Below, one piece after another: positions 62,544-64,000 of a DNA stretch of 64,000 nt; position 1 is the stretch's first letter, and the number at the start of each line of letters is the position of its first letter. Below the pieces are notes generated by a model. The model had not been told where the DNA came from. It did no database searches and was given only the letters and a program-made list of their open reading frames with translations. Source of the stretch: Takakia lepidozioides (Eukaryota; Plantae; Bryophyta); NCBI GenBank assembly GCA_030704615.1, contig CM060731.1, positions 84,878,001-84,942,000 of the forward strand, written 5' to 3'. Both the position numbers and the translations under genes were made by a program.

Positions 62544-62731
62544 TTGTTAAAATCGTTATCTTCTTAGAGGGAAAGTTTCATCTTGACAGGAAGAGGTACC
62601 AAAGAATCAACGTGTCCCTTTATGGCGCCTCGTCACCTTACGAATTTTGTAAGGATCTTACGCCTGACGTAAGGTACCTCCTCCCCCGTCGGGATGAAAC
62701 TTCTCGTATGAGAAGATAACGATTTTAACAA
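62544..62731. repeat. Long imperfect foldback (~188 bp), MITE-like
   Basis: ttgttaaaatcgttatcttct (62544-62564) pairs perfectly with 62711-62731; inner arms aagtttcatc/gatgaaactt and gaggtacc/ggtacctc also pair. Confidence 0.8.
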
Positions 62732-62934
62732 AGGGAATTTCTAGGCGGTTTTTTCCTGTGGGGTGAGGGACCCCTCACGCTGCGTAAAGAAACACCAAGG
62801 ATTTTGGATTTTGATGGCTGGGATTTCCTTGCTTTGGCGGCTCACAAGAGCAGGAACCTTAGAGCATGCAGAGGCTCCGCGCTATCACTATGCTCGTGAG
62901 GCATATGGTGAGGCAGGCAAGTTAGATACCAAAA

Positions 62935-63230
62935 AGGTGTAGGAGCTATTCTATCTCAGAAACATCAGCGGCGTGAGCATGTGATTGCGTATGCAAGCAA
63001 GGTTTTGTTGGACGCCCAACAAAAGTACCGCCCCATGGAAGGTGAGTGCTATGCTCTTGTGTGGGGAGTTGTTCACTTCTAGTAGTACCTTTATGGGACT
63101 CCCTTCATTATCAGAACCGATCATAAGCCCTTGGAGTGGCTAGCTACCGTCAGTGATGCCTATAGTAGGCATGGGAGATGGATTATGATGCTTCAAGATT
63201 TTGATTTCAAAATTGTCCATAGGGCGGGAT
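62935..63230 (+). pseudogene. Ty3/gypsy RNase H fragment
   Basis: GAILSQ..VIAYASK.L..AQQKY..EGECYALVWGV.HF..YLYG..F..RTDHKPLEWL..RW..LQDFDFKIVHRAG, with stops. Confidence 0.88.
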
Positions 63231-63759
63231 TGTTGAACAATTTTTTATACATCCATCCCTTCGCCAATCTTGGTGGGTACTCTAGATAGGAAGTATTGGA
63301 ATACTCTAAGTATTAGAGTATTCCTGTTGTTCAGAGTCGGTACACATTTGTTGCGAGTGGTATCATGGTGGATTAATGAGGGTTCATACTTCTGGTTATT
63401 ACAAGGCTTCATGACGTCGGTGAACTTGGGTATCTTTTACCTGGATGGTTCTCCTTAGTGAAGGTAACTCATATGATCTGTGTAAGGGTCTTCATTGGCT
63501 TCAGTAGCTACAAACCTCTTCTTAGGTGTGCCATAGAGCTGAGATTTGTATATCAGGTATGTTCCTATGTGCATGGGGTCTCAACGCTCGAATGTTGAGA
63601 TCCTTCCTATCTTAAGTAACCAAAGCATTCTCATTACTTCGTATTGACATTACCAGGCTTGAAGACACAAGTATGGATTCCAAATAAGCATCATCTTTAT
63701 CATCTCATAGTAATAAATACAAGGTTCTCTCCCTCATCACGCTCTGTCTAAGTGCATCC

Positions 63760-64000
63760 GAGGTTTGCTATTTCATGAGCATGAGCGGCATGAGCGGCAT
63801 GAGCGGCATGAGCAGAGTAGTAACACAATCGGTTTTCATGAGCAGAAGTACAAATTTCGAAAATAAAAAACAATAAAAAAAACAATAAAAAACAATAATT
63901 TAATGCAATGTGTCAGAAAAAACAAATATATTATTCGGCCCCTTGAAGGGAAAATTGCACTTTTGACAGTTGTGCTCATGATATTTTGTCTTCCGCTCAT
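63760..64000 (+). mobile_element. Start of another copy of the GAGGTT(A/T)GCTATTTCATGAGC DNA transposon, extending beyond the window
   Basis: Reverse complement of ~53997-54215. Confidence 0.9.

Overview
Eukaryotic, transposon-dense nuclear DNA from a land plant, probably a non-seed plant such as a moss (inferred from the PLS-class PPR remnants, GT-AG introns and plant-type Ty3 and CACTA elements). I find no intact host gene. The left part holds a degraded SWIM-finger transposon gene, a minus-strand 3' LTR, a PIF1 helicase-Ulp1 protease (Helitron-like) fragment and about 7.8 near-identical 1,144-bp tandem units running into a 500-N gap. The right part is a nest of mobile elements: a MULE-like/SWIM DNA transposon family with GAGGTTAGCTATTTCATGAGC ends, two Ty3 families (a chromovirus and a non-chromovirus), PPR pseudogenes, and a 20.1-kb CACTA-bounded segment (31822-51919) with an ATC target-site duplication. 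The most notable feature is inside that segment. An intron-containing minus-strand pseudogene combines a ParB/Srx-like DGNHR domain with a beta-class N6-adenine/N4-cytosine DNA methyltransferase-like domain. It is bracketed by two arrays of the 22-bp palindrome GGAAATGCGGCGCCGCATTTCC, nine copies of which sit at an exact 53-bp period. Single copies of the palindrome also occur in three of its predicted introns and between a head-to-head pair of unknown paralogous genes. All protein assignments are motif recognition by eye; no searches were run.
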